A stretch of 64,000 nt of DNA from Bilabrum cf. latius (lineage: Eukaryota): the NCBI GenBank assembly GCA_965178125.1, contig OZ237745.1, positions 558,001-622,000 of the forward strand. Direction: 5' to 3'. The position numbers and the translations under genes were made by a program. Of this stretch, positions 49,415 through 61,558 are shown piece by piece. How positions within the stretch are numbered: position 1 is the stretch's first letter; each line of letters starts with the position of its first letter. The notes beneath the pieces are model-generated. The model ran no database searches, had not been told where the DNA came from, and saw nothing but the letters and a program-made list of their open reading frames with translations.

Positions 49415-52400
49415 ATGGCTACTTCGTTGGCGCGCCAAGTTGCATAGCTGCGAGATGGCAGGAGGCGCAAAGGCGAGGCATCTGTCCTGTTCACTCGTCA
49501 AGAGGCAGAGAATTACAATCTTACCTCGATACACGAAATTGGACTTAATGGACTCTCAGAGCTGTGTGGACTCAACCCAGCATTCTATGAATTTCAGTCC
49601 ACCTTGTTCGGCAGGAGCCTACTCGACAAAGACAGGGAACTCCTTGATTCGGCAGAGATTAGCAAGATCTCTGCCATAATCGACAAGTTTCTTCATTTGT
49701 TGTCTCCTTATTTTGCAACAAGGCCCGCCCAGAAGGCATTAGAATTCCTAGTCAGGCATTTCAAGTGAGTTCCATGTTGAAGGTCTGGGCGCTGCTCCCG
49801 CCGTGCCATCGAATGCCTCTTGATGCCCATGCTCAGTAACGAAGCACGCCACAACGTCTTTTGTTCCACTTTCGTATTGCAGGGTGCAAGAGTTCCATGT
49901 AGACTCGCTGTTGTCATGCGCCTTACCAGCTCACGACACGAGGTTTTTTGCAAGGATTGCAAACCTTGCCCCCTTGAAGAATACGCGGTGGCAGTTCCTG
50001 GCTAGAATATCTCGGACCGGAAGCCCTCTCCCAAGAGCGGTGCTTGCGCTACAGTGCGTTAAGGACCCTTCAGTGTTGCAATTTGTGCTAGATTTGGCTA
50101 CCAACTAGGAGCGGAAGCCTCACCGAACAACCGTCTCCTTCGTGGCTGCCACTGCGCGAGATGCTCTAGCGAGGGCTTCACCAGAGCAGATGGAGCCAGT
50201 GCTAGCATCCGTGTCTCGCTGCATCGCGAAGACAAGCACCTCAGAGTCCGCAGAGGTCCGCGCTCTGTGCCTCGTTCTCATCGCCAGTGCGTCCTCTGCC
50301 GCGCGACTCTCCGAAGACACGATGGGCGCCCTCCTGAGGGCATGGACAGAGGTGGCTGCCAGGGCGACAGCAGCATCCTCCGCGGAGAAGTAGATGGAAT
50401 GCGCCGCGGCTCTGGCCAGCGCCCTGGCCTCGCAAGACGCGCTGGCGCTCAGGTCCAGGAGCAAGCGGGCTGCAAGGGCCGAGCCAGTGGGGCAGGCTGC
50501 GCTAGAGGGATTCGCGGCGGGGCAGCAGCACGCCGCTGCCCTGCCTAGTCTTCCGAAAAAGGCGGCTTCCAGCGGATCAGGAGCGAGCTCTGCATCCATG
50601 TCAGCCTCGTCCAATCGATTGAGGGCCACCGATGCGGCCGAGTACAGCGGTGCCATGGGGCGGTTTGCCTCCAGGGTGAGCAGCTTTACCTGGATAGGAG
50701 GCGCACTGCAGCACCTATCAAGAACCTCGGACGTGTCTGCTGTCGTGAGGCATGCGCTCGGGGACGCCGTTCAGGGCTTGGGCCACCGACCTGGCTAGGA
50801 AGAGGTGCTGGCCGGGCTCGTGAAGATGCTAGCCGGCGTGTCTGTATCCGATGCTATAGTTGCTGAGCTTATTGGTCTCGTAGTTGGTATGGCGAGCAGT
50901 CTGCTGCGTGGTAGTTCATCCGGCATCGCGCCTTCCTCTTCTGTGGGTGAGGATCTCGCCGCGCTTGGAGCCACTCTGCCGATGCTAGCTCTCCTGTCGC
51001 AAGCAGGGGCGCAGGTGTCGCTGCAGCTGTGCATGCGGCTTGTGCATCGCCAGGAAGAGGGCGTGCCAAAGGCGTTGCTCGACTGGATGCAAAATTATCT
51101 GAAGGCGAGTCCGTTGGCCCCCTTGCGAGCCGGCGTGCAGTCCGCGTCTGGCTCAGAATCGTCGACAAGCTACCTTGATGTCACCACGCTTCCATACGCG
51201 CTGACGAGCAGCGATGTACAGGTGCGTCTTGATGCTATCAAGAAGCTTGCCGAGCTGGTCGACGAGACGGTACAGCGCAGCGAAATAGCTGCAGCCGGCT
51301 CGGCTGCGATGACTGACAGTGAGGATGAGGAGGACAGCAAGAGAGGCGGCCCACATGGTAGCAGTGCCCGCACCCAGAGCAATTCATTCATGCGTAGCGC
51401 CGTGGCTTTGAGACAGTTTGACGAAGATGCTTCCGTTGCACGACAGGCGCTTGACCTTGAGACCAAGATGATCCTAGCTGGGGCGGGGCATGCGGCCGAT
51501 GTGCACGAGGCTGGAGTATCCATTGGGCAGCACGATATCGTGCTCGATGGCACGCCAGGCGTGGCTGTGTCAAGGTTCTCCAAGGTTGAGCAGTATTGGC
51601 AGAGAGTTGCAACATCGCAGGCCAGCAGTAGCGAGGAAGTTATTGCCGCCAATGAAGCGGTGTAGGCAAGCTTGCGTGCGTGCGGGGCAGTTGCTCGTTC
51701 CGCTGCAGATGCTGCCTCCAAGTCGATGGCAGTCATGGTCTTGCTGAATCACGTCCCCGTTGGCACAGAAACTCCATCTGTTGTTGATGCGGAGGCCCTA
51801 AAGCAGCTGGTTGCCGCCTCCTCGAGGTTCCCACCTCTGCGGTATCTCGCAGGTATTCCATCTGAATCCAGCTCAGACCTACCGAAGGTAAGATAGCGCA
51901 TACATTCCGTTTGCGTGGTTAAGTTGGCCTCGTGGTTGACAGCCTGGTTTCTGATGATTACACCCTAGTCTCGTTCGTCTGAGTTGGGGGCACAGACCCT
52001 CACGCCGAAGACAAACCCTAATATCGGAAATACTTTATGAAGAAAGCAGGCGGTCCATATTTGTTGCAAGATTGGAGCCAGTGCGTTATCTTGATGCTGT
52101 TACTACCACCAACGACTTTGTTGCCATCGTTCGAACATATCTCGCAGGATGTGGCAAAGCAGCTCGTGCGAGCGTGCTCGCGGGCAGCTTCGGAGCCAGC
52201 CGAACAGGGCCAGACTCTAGCCCTGCTCAAGGCAATGGGAGCCTCACCCTCGCCTCGCCTGCGCTGGATCAGCGCGCTCGTGTTTGTGGAGGGTATCCGA
52301 ATGGCTGGTGCGGCAGCAAACGCGCTGGCAGGATCGGCTGCGTCTATCATGTGGCCGCGCCCTATCGACGGTGAGGCGTCCTCCCGCAAGGCTGCCAGGA

Positions 52401-55400
52401 GAAGGAGCCGCTCTGCCTCCATGTCCTCGGTGGGGAGTGCGGGTGCACTGGAGTCAGCGGAAGCTACCGCTGACGCCAGGTCTGCTGAAGGTCGCAGCGC
52501 CGTAGAAGCTGCGGCCAAGCTAGCCCTCACATCGGCGCCTGTATTTGCTCGGCTTGTGTCGCAAAGAACCAACCACAGGGTCAGCTCTGTAATCGACTTG
52601 CTCGCTATAGCAGAGCATGACCTGGCCCTCAGCCCGCACGATGCGCCTGATGTGGAGTCCAAGCAGGAGCGGGCGTCAGGTGTCACTGCAAGGGCCCAGC
52701 TGGCTGTGCAAGGTGTCGTGCTGACGTCACGCCTGCTCGAGAGCTGCGTGAGATGGGCGGCAGCCCAGACGACATCTTCAAAGGGAGATATTGCGGTCGA
52801 AGTCACCCGGCGCGTCGTGCATGCGATGCAGGGCGAGCTCAGCCCTGAGGCAAATGTGCTCGATACCGCCACCCTGGCCTACTGCAAGACCATCAGTTTC
52901 GGTCTTCGGTGCATCGGAATGGGTATGGACGGGTCTGTTGCAGGTAAAAACACAGAGCTTACGAGTGTAGCTAGCTATGTGGGTGCATCATTGTGCCTCA
53001 AGTCGTCATCAACAGCCCTAGCAAATGGCAGCCTCACGGCCACGCCGCCATTTGCAGCCCTGTTGGCCACTCTGGTAGCGCCTTTAAGCCGGAGTTCGGG
53101 TGCAACCGAAGCAGCCCTGCAGGTGCTGTGCGTCCATGCCGTTGATGCCGTTGGGCACGTGCGAACAGCAAGCCAGCATGCAGAAGGAAAGAAGTGCCTG
53201 CTTGAATTCGCCGACAGGTACCGTGCGTGCTTGGCGCCATGCTTGCTGATGGGATTCGTGTGCCTCTAGCATGCAAGCTCTGGGGTGCGATCTGCGGCGT
53301 TGCGCTTGCTTGGGGCCAGCTCAAAGCTGCACAAAGCTGTACTGAAGGCAAGCTCAGACGGGAGCAGCAAATCAGATGGAGTCGAAGGGCACGTTGCGGT
53401 TGCATCTGCCCATCAGCTAGAGGCTTCTGTCCCTGCGTTGGAGGCTCAGGTCATCACGCTGTTTTGTGGGAGATCATCAGCCGCCAGCGAAGACGCTGAA
53501 TCACGGAGAGCTGCTGTGGCACGAGCTGGCGGATACTCAACCCATCTGGCCTGGCTAGGTAAGAGCCTAGCGCAGAAGTACGCGTCGTAGATTGTTGCCG
53601 CGGCCTCAGCATCATCTGCCTGTGTGGCCGACCTGTGCTCAAGCGTGCAGATCCAGTAGCGGGCCAGGTGTGCTGTGACTTTGATGCACGCGGCGCATGG
53701 GGCCCTGCACAGCGCGCCCATGGCCGCAGTCTCCTTGATTAGGGTAGCACTTTCCAGCGCCGCCCCCATGGGCTACGGTAGCCCGACCTACGAGAGATCG
53801 TACGCCAGTGATGCAATCGGCACGTGCGGGGTAGCCCTGCTCCGACCTGCCGCTGCCATTGTCGCCGAGCTTGTTGGAGACGCATCGGTGCACGGCTCTC
53901 TGTCAGAGCCTGCTGTCCTGTTGCTGCATAGGTCCCTTGCTGTCGTGCGAGCTGCCGCAAGCCGGGCTGATGACAGCGACGTCTCCAAGCATTTGAGGTC
54001 GTTCGGGGTGCGAGTGCTCATGCACGCTGCTACGGTTGCTCCGTTTGAGATCGTCTCGTTTTCATCCGTTGCTGACTTTGCCAAGGCTCGTGACTTTGGC
54101 AAGATTGCTGCCGAAGGTCGGGTGGCCGCGATCGAGGTACGCGCAATGTTTGCCAAGCATGGTGTGCTCAGCAACTTGGCTCAGCCGGCGGCCTTCAATG
54201 CCCTAGCCAAAGCAAGGCACTTCGCGTCCCATGGTGCGCGAGCCGTGCACGCTTTATCGGAAGCCAATATAGGCCCAGGCCGCCGCGCGCCCCTGTTGCC
54301 TAGTGTGGTTGCCAGCCTACCAGACCAAAGCAAAGGATCAGAAAGCGAATCCCTGGCCGGGCCCGCCGTATCCGGCTCGAGCTCCAGCGAGGATGAGCTA
54401 CAGGCAAGCATGGCTGCTGATGAAGCGACCTATAGCTACCCTTTGGTCATGCCAATCAATACTGAAGCTTACAACAAAGGAATGCCACCGACGTGCCGTG
54501 ACGAGATGGTGCAGCGCCTCGTCTTCGTTGCAATGCGAGGCCCCGACAAGAGCACGAGAGCTGCCATCGCTGGCCTGCGACGGCTTGGGGCGGGAGCGGC
54601 CTCTCTGAGCTTGGCCCTCTCTGCCTTGGGGTTAGCCAGAGTGGGTGATGGCCACTCCGCAGTACTAGCTAGTCCTGAACTTGCCGGCGAAGGTTCCGAT
54701 GTCTTGCAAATGTACCTGCAGTCGGTATCCAGCCTTCTCTCTGTTGTTGTGGCTTGCCTTGATGCTGACGAGTGCGACGAGAGCGAAGGCGAATGGGACA
54801 CGCTGCTGCCCCAGGTCCAAGGGCTATTGGCAAGGTGCCTCTTCCATAGCTGGGCGTCCTCGGATCGAGAGGCGAAGCTGGAAAGCCTGTCTCCAACTGT
54901 GGACCCAGCCGAGAGGGCTACTCTAACGAGCAGGAGTGGAAGAACTGCCCAATCAGTGGGTGATGCGCAGCACGTTGCGCTGCTTGCGCTGACTGTTCTA
55001 TACCGAATCAGCCAGCAAATGGAGTCGGACAGAGATGCGTGCTCAGTCATCGACGTTGCCTTGGTCGAGGCTTGGGCGCATGACACCAACCCCTCATTGC
55101 AACGGGCTGCCCTCCTGCTGCTCAGTGCATACGCTAGACTGAAGCCAGTCGAGGTGCTCAACCGCCTGATGGCAGTCTTCGCCGAGCTTGCGATCCGCAA
55201 CATGGGTAGCGACGATCCGTTAGGCTTTGCCATGGCGCAGAAGATGCTCTCACACGTGCTGCCTACGGTTGTGGCTCACGGTGAATTGGTCGGGATCAGT
55301 GCCTCGCATGTGGTGAGGCTCTTCTCATCTCTGATAGGTATCGTCCCGGTGCACCGCAGGCAGCCTCTCTTTGCAGCCCTGCTAGAATCCCTGGGAGTCG

Positions 55401-58400
55401 CAGAAAAGGAGAAGAAGTCGGTAGGATTGGTCTCTGATGGTTCGGAGGCTGAGAAAGGAAGCCTGTCTCCTGCCGACGGTGAAGATGCGCGCGTGGATCT
55501 CGATGGCATGCTGGATGGCAAGGCCAAGTACGCCAGCGTGGCTGCTGCCCTGCTCCTGTCGGGCTATGTGACGCGCCAGGACTCCTCGACCGAAGTGAGG
55601 AGAACTGGCTGGCGGCAGCTCTCCCTGGAGGACGCGGGGCGAGAGGCCCTCAGCTATGTTGAAGACGACACGTTCGAAGCCGATGAACACATGCTATTTG
55701 GGGCTGTGCAGCAGGCTGTTTAGCCCTCTGATGGCAAGCCGATTCCGGTGCAGGCGTTCACAGGACCCCCCAGGCTGGTGCCCAGGACACTGGCTGCCCT
55801 TGGCTCTGATCTATACGACGAAGAGGGCACGCTGGCGCAGGCTGTGTTCCTTGCTGGCGCTGATGCCGCCATCAACGCTAGGCTGCCGTCAACGCTTGAG
55901 CTGTGTCGCTCCTTGCTTGGTCGCAGCAGTGCCGAGAGGCAGGTCCTGCAGCTGGCGCAGCTCACAGGCATTGCATCTGCCGTGCTCGATGCGTCCTCTT
56001 CAACAGTATCGGATGGGGTGGCTAAGGAAGGCAAAGATGCCGGGGGCGATGATGATGATGATGAGAGCAGCGAGAAGCTGGGCCCGGTATCCCAGGACTG
56101 CGTGGATGTATTGCAGGCGTGCGTGCCGACAGGGGCCTTCGCCGCGAGTCTTGTGGGCCAAGGACCGGTAGCAGGCGGCCCGGCGGACATGGAGGCCGAC
56201 GACGAGAAGGTCGGCGGCTCTGGCATGTATGCCGCTGCCTCGGAGCCGCAGATGCTCGCGGTGGGGCTTAGCCTGGCTCGGTTTGCCGCCGCCCATCTGT
56301 CTACCCCGCAGTTCCTGGCTCAGTGCGCCGCCAAGGGCAGAGCTGGGGGGCGATAGGGCGAGGCGCTTCAGGAGGCCTTCCTGCTGCTCTGCCAGGCAAC
56401 CTTCCGCTTGCTGCGGAGGCAGGCGGTGGGGCAGGAGGAGGCTGAGCGAGGCCTAAGGTTCGCTCGCAGTCGCGCGAAATCCGCTTCTGGCGATGCCTCC
56501 CTGGCCGGGGTGGGGAAATCAATCAGCGAGGAACTGGGCGAGAGGTATGAGCTGACTGGGGCCGTCAGGAGCTGCCGCAGCGCCGAGGAGGCCGTGGCAT
56601 TCGCACGAGTGCATGCGTGGCGGGAGGCGGGGGAGGCTGCGTTTGCAGCCCTTAGCAAGATCGGCCAGCTGCTCAGCGTGGGAGCCTTCGCTGCTGTGGT
56701 TTCTGAGCTGCTGCAGCACGAGGACCCGGTGGTGCGCAGGAGGTCCATTTCCATGTTCAATGCGCACGTGTCTGCTAGGGCAGACAAACTGACCCGGGCA
56801 GAGGCCCAGCTGTACCTGCACCTGCTGGAGGACCTGCTGCCTATGGTCCGCAGCCGGGAGGAGTCCCAGGAGACGAGGCAGACGGCCTTGCTGGCAGTAG
56901 AAGTGCTCGCCAGGAACTTCGCGAGCGAGTTTCCAGTGGCGTTCAGGCCTGCCCTCGAGGCGACTGCAGAGATGATCGACGCTTCTGCTGCGCGGGTCGG
57001 CGATGAGCTGCGTGCTGCTGCGTGCGTGTGTGTGCAGGCGATGGCAGGCCACATGGGTACCTTGGTGATCAGCCACCTGTCCAGAGTCGTGCCGGCGCTG
57101 TTGAGCGCCGCGGAGCGGTCGCTTCCTTCTGCCACCGCCGGTGCTGCAGCAGCGAGTGGTTCCGGTGACGAGGGCAAGGGCGGCGATGACGCTGCTCGTG
57201 CCCTGCTCCTGCGATGCTCTCTCGGTGCGGTGGCTGTCTTCATGGACAAGTTTCCCTAGTTTATGCCTGGATTCCTGGTGCGTGTGCTGGCTACGACGTG
57301 CCACCCCGGGGTGGTGTCCCCGCCCGACGGTGCTATGGACATTGCATTCGGTGAGGAGCTCGTGGGTGCCATGTCGCAGGGGAGCTCGGGATCTGGACTT
57401 CAGGGCAGGATCCTCAAGGCGGTGCGGGCGCGCCGCGCCCTGGCAGGGACCCAGCAGCGGCTGCAGGAGAGCATGGCCAGGCTGGTGCCCTCGAGGGCGC
57501 TGTTGCCTCAGCTGCTCAAAGCACTCAAGAACAGCCGTGGGGGGGCAGTGGCCACGGTGTGCGGTTGCCTGTCTGCTATCCAGGGAGCCCTCGAAAACGG
57601 TCGCCGCGTGGAAGTGAGCGGACTGGCCCCTAGAATTTCAGAAGGCCTGCTAGATATGCTTGACTACAGGTGGCAGGCAGCGACGGCCGGAGCCTCGCGG
57701 CACAGCACCATCGTGGACCGTCAGGTGGGACGTACACTGGGCGCCCTTATCCTTCGCGTGAGCGGGGACGCTGCAAGGTCGCTTGTTGGGCTGCTGCTGG
57801 AGTGGGGCACCGCGGGCTTCGAGGAGCTCAAGGAGCTGGCCAAAGATGATGAAAAGGCTTTGATCGCTGGAATCGGCCGCCGGACATCAATGTACACGGT
57901 GCTGGGTGCCGTTATGCGTGCGGGGCAGGAGGCCCTCGTCGATGTCATGGGTGATGCGTTCGAGGCTGTCTGCGCGGATCTCCGGGGCTGCTTCGTGCCA
58001 GTTCCGCTTGCAGCGCTTGCAAGCGATGAGGGTGCTGAGGAGGCACGAGCGGGCCAAAAGCGCGGGCGCAGTTCGGATTCGGACGAGGTCGGAAGCCCTC
58101 CGGCCAAGAAGCTGAGAGCGGACGACTCGTCAGGCAGCGACGCAGACTCGTCAGATGACAGCGACTCAGATAGCGACAGTGACAGCGATGATGACGAGGC
58201 GGAGGAGGTGGCTTCCGAGTCTCGGCACGCAGACGCGATCACTGACGCGCAGAGCCGCTTTGTAGGCTTCCATGTGGTTGCCCGAAGCGCACCAAGGGGT
58301 GTTCGGGCTGCTGCAGCAGCATCAGAGACCAAGAGCACTGTGGATGATGCCGCCTGCCACGACATGGACGGCGGTGTGCTAGTCCCTGCCGTTTCAGCCG

Positions 58401-58987
58401 GAACGGTCGGAGTGCCGACGTCCAGGCACGGGCTTCGCTGCGCTGCGCTGGCCTTCTTGCAGCACCTGCTTGCCTTTGACTCCATGGGCTGGGTGGCGGG
58501 CGACAAGATGCGTCTAAGGATGATTGTGCGCAGCATTGCCGGCGCTTGGGCCCCGCCGTCATCGCGCAAGCGCGGTCTCGAGGATATCCTGGAGTCGTGT
58601 GCTTCCGACGCTGCCCAGCCCGCCGCGATGGCCGGTGGCCGGCGCGGACTGGCCTCGTACGGCGACCGGTATCTGCTCCCGGTTACCACAGCTATGGTCA
58701 AGTGCCTCTCAGGAGACTTGCAGTGGAAGCAAGTCAACCTCATGGTGCTCGAACACTCACATGACGAGCGGCCGGAGGTGCGCGAGCTGGCGATCAGATG
58801 CTCTCAGGTGGTGTTCGACGAGGCCGGGACGGATGACGTCATGGTTCTCATCCCGGAGACGTTGCCGTTTGTGGCCGAGGCCTTGGAGGATGAAGACGAA
58901 GCCGTAGAGGACTCGGCCAGGTCTCTGTTCAAGCGGCTTGAGGACCTCAGCGATGAGGATCTTGAGGACTTCATCAAGGGGAACTAA
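49415..58987 (+). CDS. UTP10: U3 snoRNA-associated protein 10 (HEATR1/BAP28), about 3,080 aa
   Basis: N-terminus MATSLARQVA[TAG]L...ASVLF...LSPYFATRPAQKALEFLVRHFK; C-terminus LIPETLPFVAEALEDEDEAVE. Intron 49765-49882 and a second about 51853-52049 (boundaries uncertain). Eleven TAGs (49445, 50106, 50391, 50796, 51663, 53267, 53588, 53657, 55721, 56354, 57257). Ends TAA. Confidence 0.92.
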
Positions 58988-59148
58988 GTTTCGTGGGTGG
59001 TTTGAGTTGAAGTTGACGAATTCTGAAACGATCTTTCAAGGCATTCTTGGATTGTATTTCAGATTCTGGATTCCAGATCCAGGATCCATGATCATTCAAA
59101 ACAAGCAATGGTGATACCCATAATGATTGACTGCTTCCAAGCAGCATT

Positions 59149-61179
59149 TTACGCACCTTCAAAAGAAGTCACCGTGGACAACATCGGCTCTGCAGTCTCC
59201 ACAGGTGACACTTTGGCGAGCACAGCCTGCAACAGGCCGTTGCGAGAGTGCACAAGCTCTGGCGTAGAGCTGTTGGTGATCATGTCGATCGTGTGCCCAG
59301 AGCCCACCCCAGGCACCTCGAAAGACACGCGGCCCATACCAGGCGCCGACACGACTGCCGACCCGCCACCTTGCCCATCCGGCCCGACAGCGATGGAGGT
59401 GTTCTGGTTGCCGTCGAAGGCGAGCAGGGGGATGCTCACCCCGAACCCGATGATGGGAGACCCGTCCAGGGCACCGGCTGCCTGAGGCTTAACGACGGAG
59501 TGGTCGATCTTGACGCGCCCATCGGTGATCGTGACGGTCTGCTTGGCCGCCACGCCGTCGTCCAGCAGCACGTACGTCACGTCATACTGCACGAAGCTCG
59601 CGTTGTTGACGTTGCCGGGCAGCATGGTCACGGCGTACACGTCGGTGGCGAGCTTGTCGCCGAGGCACTCGAACCCGGCCAAGGGGCCCTCGGTCCTGCG
59701 CGGCGCATCTGCCGACGTCTCTGACGAGTTGAGCTGCCAGCAGGGGCCAACGGCCAGCCCACCATACTCCTGCTCCGACCCCGCGGTGGGCCCAAGCAGT
59801 CCGCTCCCCGCCGGCCCGCTGGCCATCCTCTTTGAGTGCATCCTGGTGACGCCCGTCGAGTCGTAGTGCGGGTCTGCGCCGGTCTCATGCTCGACGTACG
59901 TGCCTGCAGCGTTCGCGAACACCTTGTGGAACCGCGGCAGGTAGAACACGTATCCCCCGACATCTGCCGGCGCCGCGCACTCAGGGATGCTGTCGTCCGC
60001 AAAGAGGAATGCCGTGCTGACCATGGAGGCAGGCAGCAGGTTGTACTGGGCCTAGTACGAGTAGCTCTGGTAGCCCCACCTGAGGGCAGGATCGAACCGG
60101 TTCTTCACGATCTCCATCTCCCCGGCGGGCATGACCCACCTCCGGAGGCTCTCAAGGGACAGCTAGGAGCCGCGCTTGAACATGCAGGCCAGCTCTGGGT
60201 GAGGCTTACCGTCGGGGCTGCCGGAGCCATCCTGCAGCCGAGTGGCCCACATCTCGTACAAGGCCACCGACACCGCTTCGTTCCACTGGTGCTGGGAGGA
60301 GCGCCCCCCTGTGGGAACCTCTCCCAGCGGAGACTGCATCAGGAGCGACATCCATGCGCCCCTCCTGCTGAGCTCGGAGAGGTATGCGGCGTGGGACTCG
60401 TTGTAGCCGCGGGCAATCATGACGCTGTAGTACTTCCGGGGGAACACGTCGTATGGCATGGGGTTGAGTCCGCCGGTGCCGGTGTGGTCCTCGTACATGC
60501 CATCTGGGGTAAAGCTCCCTTCGCTGATCTGCTTGTCGAGCTCGGAGCGCCACCAGGATCCGTTCGAGCTGAGGCCGGCTTGCTCCCTCAGGTATTCGCC
60601 CGTAAGTGCGACGATGCCCCAATTGTTGGACTGGTACCCGTGATACGCTTCGAACGGCTGAATCTCGCGAAGAAGCGATTCCCACAAGTTCATCGTGGTT
60701 TGATTGACGACAGGGCGCAACGCCTCGAGTCCAAGCATTAAAGGCATAACATAAAAATTGCAATGACCTTGGGCACATCGAATCTGTGCAAGTGCTGAGA
60801 CTGCGGCAGTGTACGCTCGAATTGAGCTGTCTAAGAGACCTGTACCGTCTGCACAAGCCGAGTGCTTGGCCTTGCACAGGGTAGCGCTAGCGAAAGCGTA
60901 GCACGGTGTTGAATACTGGATCTCTTCGTGAGCGTACCGGTCAATGATGGTACCGTTCTCTGCCTAGTATTGCCGAAAGTAATCGACGATTCCAGCGATC
61001 CAGTCCAGAGCATCCGATTTGGTCAAGTTTGTGCGGCGGAATGCATCCGGTGTTGCTGCTGCTAGCTACTGAGCTTGAGCTACAGTGCTCTCATGCGGCC
61101 ACGCCGGAATAGACTGCCCCACAGCAGATCCAGCGCACAAAGCAGTAAACACCACTAGAACTTGAAGAAGCGCCATCAT
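59149..61179 (-). CDS. Secreted uncharacterised bacterial-like enzyme (676 aa), possibly an alpha/alpha-toroid carbohydrate-active fold
   Basis: Signal MMALLQVLVVFTALCAGSAVG. Intronless single frame through TAGs at 61066, 60964, 60163 and 60052. Motifs IQYSTPCYA, SNNWGIVA, PTGGRSSQHQWNE and KNRFDP...GYQSYSY.AQYNLL. Ends TAA. Confidence 0.7.
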
Positions 61180-61558
61180 TCGATTTACACTCAGCTAAGC
61201 AGGTACACTTCGACGGCCCTAAAGCTGATTCAGCGCAAATTGCACCGGCAGTGAACACTTCTTCGACTGTCCTGGAGCTGATCCAGCGCAAATTGCAGTG
61301 AGCGGCACGGAGCACGGTAACGAAGTACACGGTACTGGTCATCTTCAATGAATCGGATTTCTTCTTCTTTTTTGCTAGATATGCACTGAATTTGTCGCAT
61401 TCTTAGAAAGATACTACAATCGTGAAGTCATTTAGGGGTGTGACACATACTGAAAGCGCAGCCCGAGGGCCAGTGACGCTCTCAACCCCGACACATACCT
61501 GTCTGGTCTTGGCTGGGCGAGTGCCCCTTGCAGTCAGACCCACACAAGGTGAATTTTA

